DNA of 64,000 bases from Utricularia gibba (Eukaryota > Plantae > Magnoliophyta), in NCBI GenBank assembly GCA_002189035.1, contig NEEC01000009.1, forward strand, positions 868,001-932,000, written 5' to 3'. The first letter of the stretch is position 1, and every line of letters starts with the position of its first letter. The translations under genes and the position numbers were made by a program. This document shows positions 9,358-24,996 of the stretch, in pieces. Below the pieces are notes generated by a model. The model worked only from the letters and a program-made list of their open reading frames with translations, was not told where the DNA came from and did not search any database.

Positions 9358-11802
9358 ATGCCTTGGTGGCAGGGTGGGTCGAAATTGCATTCCTCCGATG
9401 ACAGCATCATCGTAGGAAAACCGGGTTTCATTGCCTCGCGGCGAAATCAATTCTTCAATAGGGCTAAGAAGTTGAGGCAATGTAACGGGAATGAGCCGGA
9501 ATTGTGGCGGTTAACGGGAATTGTTCAGGGTTCTCCGGGAAGGAGTGCGCCTGCGTCGCCTCAGCCTCTGCCGCACCCAGAATTGTTGCGTGATCCGAAA
9601 TTTTCCGACTCAGGATCATCGTTGCCTCTTCCATCTCCTGATAATCTTCAGAATCTGAGAGGCGATGGGGATAACAGAGAGGCGGCTGAGGCTGTTGAAG
9701 TCACTGACATGAGCAACAGCCTTGAGAGGTAAAAAGGGCTTACTCCAGTTTCTCCGTTGTCCCGATTCCCTGGGGAGTTTGATAGTATCTAGGTATTTTT
9801 TTTGTACATGGAAGCTCTTTATGTGCTACTTTATTTGTGTTCTCATGAGCAGACCCGTAAGGCAAGATGGAAGGACCAATTTAGATCATTTCGAAGAACG
9901 GATATCTCGGAAAGTGCCTGAGAGGCAAAAGGAAAAGGAGAAGGTCTCTAGCGACATTAATATTTCACTTGGTTTTCCAAATGCTCATCTTTCTAGCTTT
10001 GGGCTGAGCCCCCCAAGGAATACTATTTGGCCAAGTTATTACCTGGATCCACGAGGTGCTTTACAAGTCTTGTCTGCTCCAGGCTTCGGTTAGGAATCGA
10101 TGTCCAAGTTTATGCTGCCAAGTGCCTTTTGAGAAAAGCTCTAGTATTGATGTTTCTATTGAAATAAGTCCCAGAAATGTTGCCTATATATCTTCCACAA
10201 GTCCTCCACTGCCTGCATCTCCATTGACCTACAAGGTGTCTTCTGATTCTCCACTGGCACGGTGGGATAATGTTACTTCTCAGGCTGCAGTTCATCCCCT
10301 GCCTTTGCCACCAGTGCTTGCTGCTTCGCCTCAGCCCCCTCTGATGTCCAAAGTGGGATGTAAATCCGAGACTTCGGGAATTAGCAATCCCTCACAGACG
10401 TATCCAATTTCTATGGCGAGATTTCAACCTGGAAAAAATGAATGGCAGAAGGGAAAACTTATAGGAAGGGGAACTTTTGGAAATGTTTATGTAGCTACCA
10501 ACAGGTATCTGCTGTCAACTATTAAATTTGAAACTTGTTTTGTCCATAAACACATTTATATCATTAGGGTGACAGGAGCATTGTGTGCTATGAAAGAAGC
10601 TGATATTTTACAAGATGATCCTAAATCTGCAGAATGTATTCGACAATTGCAGCAGGTTGTTTATTTACCTCACCTTCTTTTCATAATGCATTTTCACAAA
10701 AAGGTGTTCGTCACTTCTGTTTCTTTCGTCTCAGGAGATTAAGGTCCTTAGCCATCTAAAGCATCCCAACATTGTGCAGTATTATGGTAGTGAAATCGTA
10801 TGTAGTTCTCTTTGGCTGAGATTAACTCTATCTTGCATCATGATACCGTATAAAGAATCTTGTTGTTCCATGATGATGCAGGTTGGTGATAAGTTTCATA
10901 TATATTTGGAATATTTGCATCCTGGTTCAATCAACAAGTTCGTCCAAGACCACTTTGGAGCAATTACGGAGTCTGTTGTTCAAAGTTTTACCCGCCATAT
11001 TCTTTCTGGGCTGGCTTATTTGCACAGTAAAAAGACAATACACAGGTGATAACAACCTCTTAATGTCTGTTTTGAATTTCTGGTACCAGCTGACATGTTT
11101 TAGCCATCTCTGCTGAAAGGGACATCAAAGGCGCTAACTTGCTTGTCAATGCTTCCGGTGTAGTCAAATTAGCTGATTTTGGAATGGCAAAGCATGTAAT
11201 GATGTTGAGCCTTCTTTGGTTGAAAGTGCATTTCTTATCACAAGAGCTTACATTCTTTGATTTACAGCTGACAAGCCAAACGGCATGCTTGTCAATGAAG
11301 GGAAGTCCATACTGGATGGCACCCGAAGTAAGAGACCATTACAGAAATGTTTTCTACCTTTTAACTATTCACCAAACGAAATCCTGATGACCGGATTTAT
11401 CCAATCAGCTGTTGCAGTCACCAGCTCAGACAGATAATACTTCAGATGTTGCTTTAGCAGTTGATATATGGAGCCTGGGATGCACAATTATTGAGATGAT
11501 GAACGGGAAGCCCCCTTGGAGTGAGTACGAAGGCGTAAGTAGCCATGTGTTCACTTGTACACTGTTCGGTTGGTTTGCTGTGTATCATCAGTTCTTGACC
11601 CTTTGGATTCCAGGCCGCTGCCATGTTCAAGGTTCTACAAGAGACTCCACCATTTCCTGAAACCATGTCGCCCAATGGCAAAGATTTCCTGCGATGTTGC
11701 TTTCAGAGAAATCCCAAGGACCGGCCAAGTGCAAGTCAGCTACTAGATCACCCATTTCTGAGCCATTCCCACCAGCCAGAACCTTCAAAAAATTCTTGGT
11801 AG
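9358..11802 (+). CDS. MAPKKK5: MAP kinase kinase kinase, MAPKKK5-like (MEKK subfamily), multi-exon
   Basis: N-terminal MPWWQ..., [90 protein letters not shown]. End inferred from TAG 11800-11802; an unresolved frame change near 10088. Confidence 0.85.
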
Positions 11803-12676
11803 ATAATTTTGATACTTGATGCTTGAGCGTCCTCTGAGGTTCGACAAGGACTTCCAACAAACCAAACTCGAGAATGGCCAGATGATCAGTTGCCACAACC
11901 ATTGGACTTAGGCATCAGAAATGGAAGATTCAGCTCAGCAACATCGAAAAACTACATCCAGATATTGTGTTACATGTAACAACATTATTTACTGAGGCCC
12001 TGAATCATATTTAGCCGAAATGAAATGTGCTTTTTCAGCAAGATGGCCGAAATGAAATGTGTAGATTTCTTCTTTATGGAGGTGAAGAAGTTTAGCTTCA
12101 GCCAGTGACAGAGGAATGTTAGATCTAAGAACTAAACAATTATAGTATTCATTCTGTTAACCAATCAATGGTGGATGGCGGTTGTCATGTGTTCGTGTGA
12201 ACATTCCGAACTTGTTCCCCAATGCTCCACCACTGCAAAAGTATTCTTCCCCAACTGCTCCACCATTACAAAAGCTTCTTGTGTTAGAATTTTCAACCCA
12301 ACATAACACTCAATCTGCTCCAGCAAAGATTTTGTCTGTTCTGAAAGCCTCGCGATTTTCAAATGAAGTGCCGTTTTTAGATCCACAAAGCATATTTCAT
12401 CAAGACAGCAAGCAAACGAAGATAGTGGAAGAGGGAAGCTTCATCCCATGTTCATAAGATAGTCCAAGCATGTAAAGTTCAATTTACATCATCTTTTGTC
12501 CTGTTGCCCCTCCGTGATTTTATCCAATTCCAAAATTCCGCAAGTTTCCACTTTGTAATGGGATGCACCTTGTTTCCCCACTCCTAGTCTTCGTGTGACT
12601 CTGCCCAACTTTCAGTGACCCTTATCGTTTTTCTGGATATGCGAAGTCCAAGATGGCTGCTTGGATTCCCTTATAA

Positions 12677-13925
<1,249 letters not shown>

Positions 13926-14716
13926 GAAGGTTCATAACCGTAATCGGAGTCACTCAGAATAGTGTATTCCGCTTAGCTTGCAGACCGAAAGATGGTGATA
14001 AAATGGGACGTGTGCTTGTATTACCTTATGTTCAGCATGTTGCATGGAGTACAGCCACGGCGTTTCCGTTCATCGGAAAAGCTAAGACTTCGGCCGGAAC
14101 CGACTCCGGCTGGCCGGAATCATCGACTTCATCCTCAAAAAGGAGCTAACATCCAAATTAACTAAGTAAATCCACTACATAATTACAATTCCGGAGTGCC
14201 ACGTAGGCTTCAGCAGTTGGAGAAAGGACCACCGGTTGCTTGCTTGCTTACATTCATGATCTTTAATTATTGCTCTGAAGTCTGAACTTTCTTTCTGGAA
14301 GTTTTCTTTTTCTTTTCCTTTTCTTTTTTAGACTGGTCTGGTCTTGGCGACAGCATCCCATCGTCAAATTGTCAATTGCTTTTTATTACCTTCGACGTGG
14401 ATTCCTGCTCTCCCGGCCCTCCCTCCCTCTTTCACTTTCTCTCCTTTCTCAACCCAGGAATTCGATTTTGAAGAGGGAGCCCACTGAGGGCTCTTCTGAA
14501 GCTCTTCTGAAGCTGGCAGATTTGGGGGGCTTGGCATCCGGTGCTGTGAGTAGGTTAGTGGGTTGATTGTTATTGAGGAGGAGGGGGAAGAGAAGGTTAG
14601 CGGTTGATTGTTGGGGTTGGCTTCCTGCTCAGATGTATTGATTGATTCTTGGTTTCCGGTGCGAGGAGCAGTGGTGTGTTCAGAAGGTGTACGGACTGAT
14701 CCGTGGTGAGACGAGA

Positions 14717-17509
14717 ATGGGTGCTTGTACTTCGAAACCCAAGGCCAAAGAAAGATCTTCTCTTGAGCCCGTTTCTCGGTTATCAGGCGAGATCGCAGTT
14801 CGATCGCAGGTGGAGCAGGAGGACAGTTCTTTCGCTTCGGAGAATGAAGATGCTAATGGGAGGAAGACTCCGCGTAATTTTGAATCGAAGAAGAGAATTG
14901 GGGAGCATCCTGAATCGGGTAAAAAGTCGCCGTTTTTCCCCTTCTACAGCCCCAGCCCAGCTCACTATCTTTTCTCAATAAAATCACCGGCAAGATCTCC
15001 TTTTGGTACGCCGAAGAAACTTTTCAAGCTTCCGCCGCCGTCTCCGGCGAAGCATATAAAGGCGCTGTTGGCACGGCGCCACGGCTCCGTGAAGCCGAAT
15101 GAAGCGGCTATACCTGAGGGAAAGGAGGTCAACGAGGGGGCCGGATTGGATAAAAGCTTTGGGTTCTCAAAGAAGTTTTACGATAAGTATGATTTGGGAG
15201 AGGAAGTTGGGAGGGGGCATTTTGGTTATACGTGTAAGGCGAAATTCAAGAAGGGGGAGCTTAAGGGGCAAGAAGTTGCAGTCAAAGTCATTCCAAAAGC
15301 GAAGGTGTGAATGATGGTTATGCGCCTCTTTTCTGCAGCAACTCATTGTTTCTAAATGGACTGATGCTTAGCTCTGATCTTTTACTTTTCCTCAGATCTG
15401 ATCTTTATTCATTTCTCTGTGATTTACTTGTCAGATGACCACTGCTATTGCAATTGAAGATGTAAGGAAGGAGGTGAAAATATTGAGAGCTTTGACTGGT
15501 CACATCAATCTTATACAGTTCTATGATGCTTATGAAGACCATGAAAATGTCTACATTGTTATGGAGTAAGCTTTGATTCTGGCTTTCTTGCCTTTGCGTT
15601 CAATATATTATCAGGAATCATGAAGGCTTCGTACAATGATAAACCTCAATCATGTGCATCTTGTGTGAAATGATTCAGAGACTTGCTCCTGATACCATTT
15701 TTCTTTTTTAATATTTCAGGTTATGCATTGGAGGAGAGCTTCTAGATAGGATTCTTTCTCGGTAATTATTCGATGCTTTACAAGATCTAAATAAATTGGG
15801 CTGATTCTATGAATTAAGTATAGTGACATTAGAGCACTCTCTTTCATGTTATGCCAGTGGAGGGAAATACATGGAAGAAGATGCCAAGAGTGTGATGATA
15901 CAAATTCTGAATGTCGTGTCATTTTGCCATCTCCAAGGTGTTGTGCACCGTGATCTCAAACCTGAGGTAAGGTTTCATAGGGAGAGATTCTATTTGTGAA
16001 TTTGAATTGCATCACTGTGAAGAGATTGGATATTCCATAACGCTCTCCCTAACACTCATCTTTGATTGTTAATGGATCAGAATTTCTTGTTCACATCCAA
16101 AGAAGACACCTCATTATTGAAAGCTATAGATTTTGGTTTATCAGATTTCGTGAAACCAGGTTTGATTTATTGCTCATTGGTTGACTTCAGCCAACACAGC
16201 TTCTTACCCTGAACTACTTGCAGATGAAAGACTCAATGATATAGTTGGAAGTGCCTATTATGTAGCTCCAGAAGTTTTGCATAGAGCATATAGTACAGAG
16301 GCTGATGTTTGGAGTATTGGGGTGATATCATATATCCTTCTTTGTGGAAGTCGTCCATTTTGGGCTCGAACAGAGTCCGGCATCTTTCGAGCTGTTGTAA
16401 AAGCTGAGCCAAGTTACAATGAAGACCCATGGCCTACTTTGTCTGCTGAGGCAAAAGACTTTGTAAGGCGGCTTCTAAATAAGGATCCAAGGAAAAGAAT
16501 GACTGCAGCGCAGGCTATGTGTAAGTGTGTTTGTGCACCAAGGGAAGTAATTCTTTTACCTGAAAATCCTTCTCAATTTTTATTGCAGGCCATCCATGGA
16601 TTAAAGACACTCATGACATAAAAGTGCCATTGGACATTCTTATTTTTAAGCTTATGAAAGTTTACTTGCGGTCATCCCCTCTGCGCAAGGCGGCATTAAG
16701 GGTACTGATTTTTCTTTTGTTTTGGCTCCTCTTTGCTCTTCACATTTCTTCCCTCCTTGAACTGCTGCCATTGGTACCACACAGGCTTTGTCAAAAACTC
16801 TCACGGTTGATGAGCTCTACTATTTGAAGCAACAGTTTGCTCACTTGGAGCCAAACAACAATGGCACCATAAATTTGGATAGTATCAAAGCGGTTTGTTT
16901 TTGCTGTATTACTAGTATCAGCAAAAAAAAGTTGAAAGTTAATAACAGACTGGTTTTTTGGCCAGGCCTTGAAGAAGAATGCGACTGATGCAATGAAGGA
17001 GGCTCGCATATTTGATTTCGTCAGTTCAGTAAGTTTCCATTTGTTGGCCAGTGACAGCAAATATTCTGCTGTTTGCAGTATCTTAAGGATGCCAACTTTA
17101 TTTTTTTCTCTCATTGCAGCTGAGTGCACTCCAGTACAGAAGGATGGATTTTGAAGAATTTTGTGCTGCAGCATTAAGCGTTTATCAGCTAGAGGCTCTT
17201 GACAGATGGGAGCAACATGCTCGTTGTGCGTATGAACTCTTTGAGAAAGAGGGCAATCGAACCATCATGATTGAGGAGTTGGCATCCGTAAGAATGTCCA
17301 ATCTACATTTCCTTTATGCTTATCAGCGAGAGGATTCCTTCTCACCATATTTTTTTTTCTTTCATTAGGAGCTTGGACTTGGCCCTTCTCTCCCTGTTCA
17401 TGCAGTCCTCCATGACTGGATCCGGCATACTGATGGAAAACTCAGCTTCCTTGGATTTGTAAAACTGCTACATGGTGTCTCCAGCCGATCTCTAGCTAAA
17501 GCCCATTGA
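14717..17509 (+). CDS. CRK: CDPK-related kinase (CRK), multi-exon
   Basis: MGACTSKP N-myristoylation/palmitoylation start, [58 protein letters not shown], degenerate EF-hand region, C-terminal [22 protein letters not shown]. Confidence 0.93.
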
Positions 17510-17932
17510 TGCTCCTCAAATGGGATCAAACTTCAACACCCCTTGTCCTCACGTGTGATGAAAACCAAGATCGGTACCAACTCAGAATACATGGAGAACT
17601 GCCAAGATGCTGAAATACAAGCTCCCATCTGCAACATTTTCAAATCAAAATCTTCCGGGGTGGGGTGATTTCTTATAGAGAATCTGAGCTTGTGTCGGTT
17701 TTCCAATGCTGGCTACAGCAGTTTAAACCGATGGCTGAGCTTGGATTCTAGAGAGGATAGCATTCTTTTAAGGTCATCTCTGGCAATGGTCCTTGTATCA
17801 TTACTGTATACATGTGTAATCCCCACCTTCTAAATGTAACGACATTTGTGATGAAGTATATTATAATTTTCCCCTACTAGTACGATTGAGTGTAGACAGC
17901 AGAAGCGATTGTGCAAGAATTGCTAACCGTGG

Positions 17933-20173
17933 TTAACACTGAGTTAGTATTTGAGCACCATCGTTGGTTATCAAAATGGTATGTTCAAACTGCGCCGAGA
18001 GGCTGCCATCCTCGGTAAGCACAGTCCAGTTATCGCTCCATACTACAGGGTGGATGCTGCCCATCGTCAACATTGGCTCTGCAGAAAAATGAATTTGAAA
18101 ACTCTTCAATATTTTGATGGAGGTAACATGGAGAGCACATGCAGGAGCGACTTCAGGTTTGGGAAGGATGATTACCAATGGTGAAAGTTTGGTTAAGGAC
18201 CATTCTTCCACGTCCATTGTTTCCTGAAAGAAAAGTATTCTTATGAACTAGAGATCGAAAAGGAATGTGATTCCCACGTAGGTGCAGTCAGCAGATGTGT
18301 TAAAAAGTTTGAGCCAAAAGAATTACTGTAATGAAGGATCACAGGATCACTGTGGAATAGTTGCCCGACTCCATGTCCAACGAAATGCTGCACGACTCCA
18401 TACCTGTATTTATCTGCATGATCACTACACACAGAGATCAGTTTTTACAAGGCATACTCTCAGTAGTGGTGAATGGTGCCTGGTACAAGGTTCTGAACAA
18501 AAAAAAAAAAAAGAGCACGAGATGCGGTAAATGGCTCACTGTATTGTCCGGCCAATCTTGTTAAATTCGACTCCAGGTGCACATATTGCAATTGCTTTAT
18601 CAAGGCATTCTTTGGTGACCTAAAGCAAGGAGCAAGTCTTGATGAGAAAACCATCCTGGCCATGGTTTGATAAACAGGTGGCTCGGATCATGCTGAAAGT
18701 TTGTCTTTTAGATGCACAGAAACTGCAACAGCGAAGGAATACCTTTACTAAGTTTCTGGAATCCTCATCGACATCCCGACAAAAAACGTTGCTGATGTGT
18801 CACCATGGTAACCCTGTAGGCCATATATGCCAGTTTACTGAAGCTAAGCGATTAGGGAATGGCTGCTAAGGTTTCAATAAGCACAACAGATGCCTCGTTA
18901 AAAGAATCAAAAAATGCTTCAGAGAACAAGAATTTTCATGGAGCATGTGCACTGAAAGATAGATCACTTACATTCAGATAAACTGTAACATCAATGTTGA
19001 TGATATCACCGTCCTGAAATGAGAGAGAGCTCATGAACCAGAAAGATGAATCCATGCAATCACAGAAAGTGAAGTGCCAACCTCGAGGGAACGGGAATCT
19101 GGAATTCCATGGCAAATACACTCATTCACTGATGTACACACACTCTTTGGAAATCCTCCATAACCAAGTGGAGATGGATATGCTCCATTGTCGATAATCA
19201 TTTGATGCACTGCCTCATCGATTTCATCAGTTGTGATGCCTGGCTGAACAAGAAAATGGAATTTCTATCTACATCAACTTCTCAATGCTAGCAGCCAAGA
19301 ACAAGATTTAAATAAGCCAAGCAGAAAAGAAAATTCATTAATGCATGAGAAGAATCAGTCCATTTGCATAGACGAAACAGAGCTGCTTTGAGAATCACCT
19401 TTACTAAAGTTCCAGCATACTGAAGAACCTGGGCAGCAAGATATCCCGAAGCTCTCATGAGCTCCACCCCTTTCTCGTCATGTATTTCAGGCTTAGTTGC
19501 AATTCCAGGTAGCTTCTTGGTTTTGACATACGGAGGCCTCTGTATGTGTAATGGCACGGGCCGTGGTGGAGATACTTTACCAGGCTTTAGTGGCTTCCTT
19601 TTACTCCCTACCGTGTTATCCATACTTCTTAAAAAACAATTACAGAGAGTTGAGGACAAGAATAAAAGAGCAATCAGACACTCATTCACAAGTAATAAAA
19701 CGAGTTAAATATCCAAATTTCCTGAAAAATGCAACATGGCATACCTTCTGTTGAATAATGAATTAGCTAACCCCGACAAATTCCTGGGCAGCTGCATATA
19801 CACAAGGCCTCTTCCTAATCAGAAAAATACAGCATTAAGCCTTAGAAAGAGTGTTTGGAGCAACTGCCATGAATTTAAAAAATCTATCACCAATGCCATC
19901 ATTGTGATTCAATGAACTTTTTTCACACACATAAAGCCAGCAAATTCTCGATCCTTTTTTCCAAACCAGAGATTCCCATATTCCACACAACGAATATAAA
20001 TAAAGAAAACATTCATACGGGCACAACAGCATCCGGGGCTGAGAAAAAGGGAACCAACCGTGGCTGACTTTGATGTAACGATTAAGTGAATTGCGGGAAA
20101 CGGAGGGAAGAAATCGGCAGTCCCCCATAAAAGTGGAGATCAAACGAGGATGAATTGAACCAGCGGCCACCAT
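17933..20173 (-). CDS. MAP1D: Methionine aminopeptidase 1D (organellar), multi-exon
   Basis: RKPLKPGKVSPPRPVPLHIQRPPYV, SVNECICHGIPD, DGDIINIDVTVYLN, FVGHGVG..FH, EPMLTMG, DGSLSAQFEHTILIT; N-terminal transit-like peptide. Confidence 0.9.
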
Positions 20174-20725
20174 TTTCTTCCCGCCTCACTTCCACACCAC
20201 TCCCAGACCTTCCACTGCAACCTGACTCAAACAATGGATACCCAGAAGCTACACCTTGTCAGCTTCAATTCCAAGGTCCTCCCTATCTTCAGGAACTGGT
20301 GGCTGCTGATTTTGGTGGTGGCGGCCATGGGTGTAAAGTCAAATCTATCCCTTCACCGTTCACATTGGTTGGAAGGTTCCCGACGCTGGGGGGTGGCATT
20401 TTCGGAACTACACACCAAACTGCGCCTGCAATAAAAGTTCCGGTCCGTGGTGTGAATTACGGTTAAATTTCAAGAGACGATTTTGGAAAAAAAAAAGAAA
20501 AAAATGCAAAACGACGCCATGCGTTGTCGTTTTAACCCCAGCGCCAAACCCGTCGGGCGTGTGCTCCCCGATTCCTGAAATTCTCGCCCTTTGGTTCCCC
20601 TGTTTCTTCTCAGCTGCTTCAATTCGCTGCTCTTTCTTTGCTTTTTCTGGAGTGCTTAGAGCTAGCTAACAGACCCTGTCCCGGTGTAACTCTACTGGAT
20701 CATTTACGGGTGACTGAATTCCCAA

Positions 20726-23198
20726 ATGAAGCTGAAATTTGTACACCAGCATCCGGAAACTCGCCCTGGCGACGACCAGGAGGCTGCGCCGGAGGAATTG
20801 GAAGTGAAGGAAATGGAAGTGGCTCAGATTCCCGTTCCTTCCGAGGATGATCCCGTCAAAGAGAGCTCTTCGCCCCTGGATGCGACTCCTGTTTCCGCTT
20901 CTGACTCCCTGCTTGTCTCCGTGAGTTATCGGTTTTGATTTGATGCTTGTGTTGCTGTTTATGGCCGTGTTGGAGAGGTATCAGATCTGGGTTTTGGGTT
21001 ATAGGGGAAGAGAAAGAGGAAGCCGAAAGAGGTTGTCGACGAGTTTCCGCCTGTTTTTCGGAAAAAGAAGAAAAAACCATCTTCCTCCAAGCAACGAGTT
21101 AGTTCCTTCGCTTCTTTCGATTGGTTAATGTCTCTGGTAACTTCGATACTGTTTCCCAAGGATCTGGTTTTCCCAGATCGCGATCATTTCCGGCGGTGAT
21201 CGCCATGACTTCTCTTTTTCTGTTTGCTTACTTCCAACTTCCAAGACTTTGACTTTCCCTTCTCCAGTTTGGGTAGACGAATATTTTCCGATTCCTGTTG
21301 CATGCATGCCCATCTTCTCAGGTTTTGCTTGCTTCAGATTCCTCTAGCTTGCAGTTTTCTAAGAAAATAGGGCATGCTGTTAGGTTTACTGCGGAACGTG
21401 CTGTTTGACATGCAACACAACTTCCCAAGTTACTTCAGTTCAGCTTCATCTTGTGAAGCAAATAATCTAATTTCATTGTAATTGGGATGAACAATTTTGG
21501 TGTAACCTTGCTGTTTCAGTAATATCTTTTCTTGAGCAATAATGTGAAGTCTTTCTGAACAGGGTATGCATGACAGTGGAGGATCATGGACGAGGTTAGT
21601 TTGTCAGATCGAACTCTATGACCACAATGACAAAGAAGCCATATCCATAATGAGAATTTTCTAATTTTATGGACAGTTCTATGGGCGGGTCAAGCGTTTC
21701 TGCTCAGTTCAAGTCACCAACTGTGGTTCGAGCGGAGGAAGTCCAATCAAGCTTAGGCAATGGTCAGCCCACATTTTTGAAACCATTGGTTAGATCACAC
21801 GTTGGCAGTTGTTTCTGGATGGTATGTCCTTATGATTTCTTGAAATTTTCTCATCACTGTGGTCATTTGAGTTTTTCTCACTGTCTGTTATGCAGGGTCT
21901 TCCGGTGCCCTTCTGCCGGCTTCATTTGCCCAGCAAGGACACCACCGTCATTCTTGAAAATGAAAGTGGTGAAGAATTTCCGATTAAGTATATTGCACAT
22001 AAGACAGGCCTAAGCGCTGGATGGAGGAAATTTGTTGCTGGAAACAAACTGCTTGAAGGGGATGTTCTGATCTTTCAATTAACTAAACCTTGCAGGCTTA
22101 AGGTGACTAATTTCATCTTCCAGCAATGTAAACTGTTCATATGGGGCATTCATTGACAGAGAGAGCCATAGCTGTTTGCAGATAACACATTTTTCACTTC
22201 ATATTGCATGCACGGCTTTGTTCATTTGCAGTACAAGTTTTCCTCACTGTGGTTCATCTCTAGGTGTACATAATAAGAGCGAATGATTTGAATGAAGTCG
22301 ATGGCGCCCTTAGCCTTCTAAATCTGGATTCTCGTATAAAGAAAAATGAAGCTGGTTAGTTTTCTGGGTAACTTTTTTCTTTTCTTCATGATGTCAACGA
22401 TCAATTGCAGTCCACTGATTTATTTTCTTGTACTTGCTATACTCAAACCATGTTACAGAAGCAAACCTGGATGCAGTTAGTGAGGAGAGGAAGCATAAAA
22501 AACCCCTTACCTTGGCAGCTGCAGAGAGAAAAAATCATACAGGCTCAGTTGACCCCCAACACTTGCATGTAGATGAGCAGCTCGGAAATGACAGCGATGA
22601 GGTTGCTTCTGAAGTCCTAGAGTCCATCAAAGCCCCGGGATCCTCTTGTAATCTGAAGGATATCAAAAGCTTTGAGGAATTCCACATAGTGGTGAACGGA
22701 GTGTGCATTGACTCTGATCTCCCAGAACAAATTCGAAAGCAGTATTACGATCTGTGCTACAGCAGGAACGCGCTTCTTCATGACCGTCTTCTTCCCGGGC
22801 TGTACAGGAAGCTAGCTTCTAGTATGATCGTTGAGACTGTTAACATTGCTGATTCCATACGGGGTTGTACACTCATGACCCCAAGGAAGGATTTTGAGGT
22901 GTGGGAGAAATCTCTGAGGTCTTTCGAACTTCTGGGACTTGATGTTGGCTTTCTACGAGCTCGTCTGCATCAGCTAGTAAAACTGGCATTCGATTCAGAA
23001 GGTGCGTCCTATATCAGAGGCTACTTTGAAGCTCGGGATGAGCAAAGACGTGTTGAAGATGAAATCCACCATCTTGAAGAAAAGCTTGCTGCACTGAAAG
23101 AATTGTCTCTTAAATACGAGCGAGAGACAGAAAGTTCAAAGACAACGGTGGACAGGTTATCCATGAAGTTCAAAGAAGCTGTGAGTGATCCATGGTGA
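20726..23198 (+). CDS. B3-domain protein (REM-like, with C-terminal coiled-coil region), multi-exon
   Basis: RAEEVQSSL...FLKPLVRSHVGSCFWM/GLPVPFC.LHLP.KDTTVILE.ESGEEF.IKY...KTGLSAGWRKF...LLEGDVLIFQL; NLS GKRKRKPK; C-terminal WEKSLRSFELLGLDVGFLRARL...PW*. Confidence 0.88.
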
Positions 23199-23573
23199 AG
23201 CTCTCCTTAAAAACGGGTATGATTTCTGCTTGAGTTTCTAGATAGAACAAGTACAGAGAATACTTTCACTGAGTTCGTACTAAACATAGGAATTCTACTA
23301 CTCTTCAACTGATTTACATCATTTGCTTCGGTTTTCGCGCTCCAATGGAGATATCATTAGTGTTTTGTCGAGAACTGTGCAACCAGTTGATATTCTTCCT
23401 TCCCTTTAAGGGAGTCTTTAGAGTAAAGAGACTTGATGCAAAAAATACAATGGTGCTAAGTACAGAAATTAAAATTTGAAACCACTTCTTGGCAGCTTCA
23501 AGACCATCAATTTCATAGCATTCAAGATCAGGTTTCATACACCTCAGTTCTCAGACACTAAGGGCCCTCATCT

Positions 23574-24996
23574 TCACATCATCTCGAAAATCTACACCAG
23601 TAGACAATTCATCAGCTTGAGAACATTGCGAGGCATTTCATCTATTAAGCAGCAATGGCAATGTAACAATGTATGTCACTGTGAACCAGACTCATTCAAT
23701 TGCAACAAATCCCCCAACAAAATGGAGAAGACTTGGGAGTAATAAGCTTACATGCATAGGCATTTCATCTATGATGAGACCACTGGATTCTTCGAGGCTT
23801 TTGAGGGTAACCACTTCTCCCCAACAACCATGTTAATGACTAGTCCATCTTTAAACAACAAGAGAAAATAGAATAATGACATTAGACATCAAATGCAAAT
23901 CATAAGAAGGTGAAGAAAGACTAATGTCATTTCCTTTTACTTCTTAGTGTACTACTACCAATAGAAGCCAAACCATTTTCAAGGCAATATAGGTCTCCAT
24001 AAAGTGAGTATTATACTTCATGAAGGGCGAGTATATAATTTTCAATCTTCTTGCAAAAAAACATGCCTGCTGATAAGCATGTTGACATACGCCTCATGTA
24101 CGTTTCCTAAATAAGAAAGTGAATCATCAGTAAAAGATGCCCCAACAACAACAAACATAAGTCTAAGAGCCATGAGATCAAGCCTTCCTGCATCTGATGT
24201 TCAAAAATGAAGAGAATCATTCCTATGAGAAACAAGATTCAGTAACATTTGTTCCACTTGGCATCTCTTGAGAGTTTCTTGTAATACCTTCTTTGCAGGG
24301 AGTTCATAATTGATTAGAAGCCGAGCACCAAGAGGGAGTTCCCCTGAGCCCACGAGAGGGAGGCAGGCATCCGTGACAACAACCAAATGCGACTTTAGTT
24401 TATCCTCCGTATCTGAGTCTCCATTTGTTTCCATTCCTCCATGCCTATTCCATCTCTGAGTTGCCTGCCTAAATTTCCCAACAACCTGGGCTCTATCTCC
24501 TTCCGAAAGGTCGCTATACTAGAACATCATCGTTGAAATTACACAGCCGCATATGCACAGGATATGTACTTCAGTGATGTAGCTAAAGGGCAGTAGATAC
24601 CAATGATGAAACACAAATGCATGAAGACAGATTTGATAAATTTAAGTACACAGCATCAAGCTCGTCCCTTGAGTTGCAACAAACAACCATCGGCAGGGAA
24701 GGGCGCCGACCGGCCATTCCCAAAAGATCCACTAGCGTCTCCTGTTTTCCATTTCCATCAGTTTCAGTGCTAAAAACAGCGTACAAAATCGATCAACAAA
24801 CCATTTTGAACTGGAGTCTATCCACAGCGAGGTAAAAATGGCGTTGCGGGCTGGAAAAAAAACAAATGAACGCTAAATTCATTCATGACAAATAAAACGT
24901 GAAATTCGGGATCAATACAATCAAGGGAAGAAAAGGCAACCTGAAAGAAGCGGACTGCGAGGGAGAAGTTGAGAGAGTAGATTCGCTGGCGTCCAT
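23574..24996 (-). CDS. Short eIF4A-like protein consisting only of a helicase C-terminal (RecA2)-like domain
   Basis: Spliced reading MDASES.../RHFYLAVDRLQFKM/ETLVDLLGMAGRRPSLPMVVCCNSRDELDAV/...HLVVVTDACLP..GELPLGARLLINYELPAKK/...INMVVGGEVVTLKSLEESSGLII.EMPMH/IFEMM*; canonical splice sites. Confidence 0.8.

Noticed and set aside
12205-12280. Short ~33-bp direct duplication (TTCCCCAA.TGCTCCACCA.T.CAAAAG) and surrounding ORFs
   Set aside because: Two copies only, no recognisable product and no consistent exon structure.
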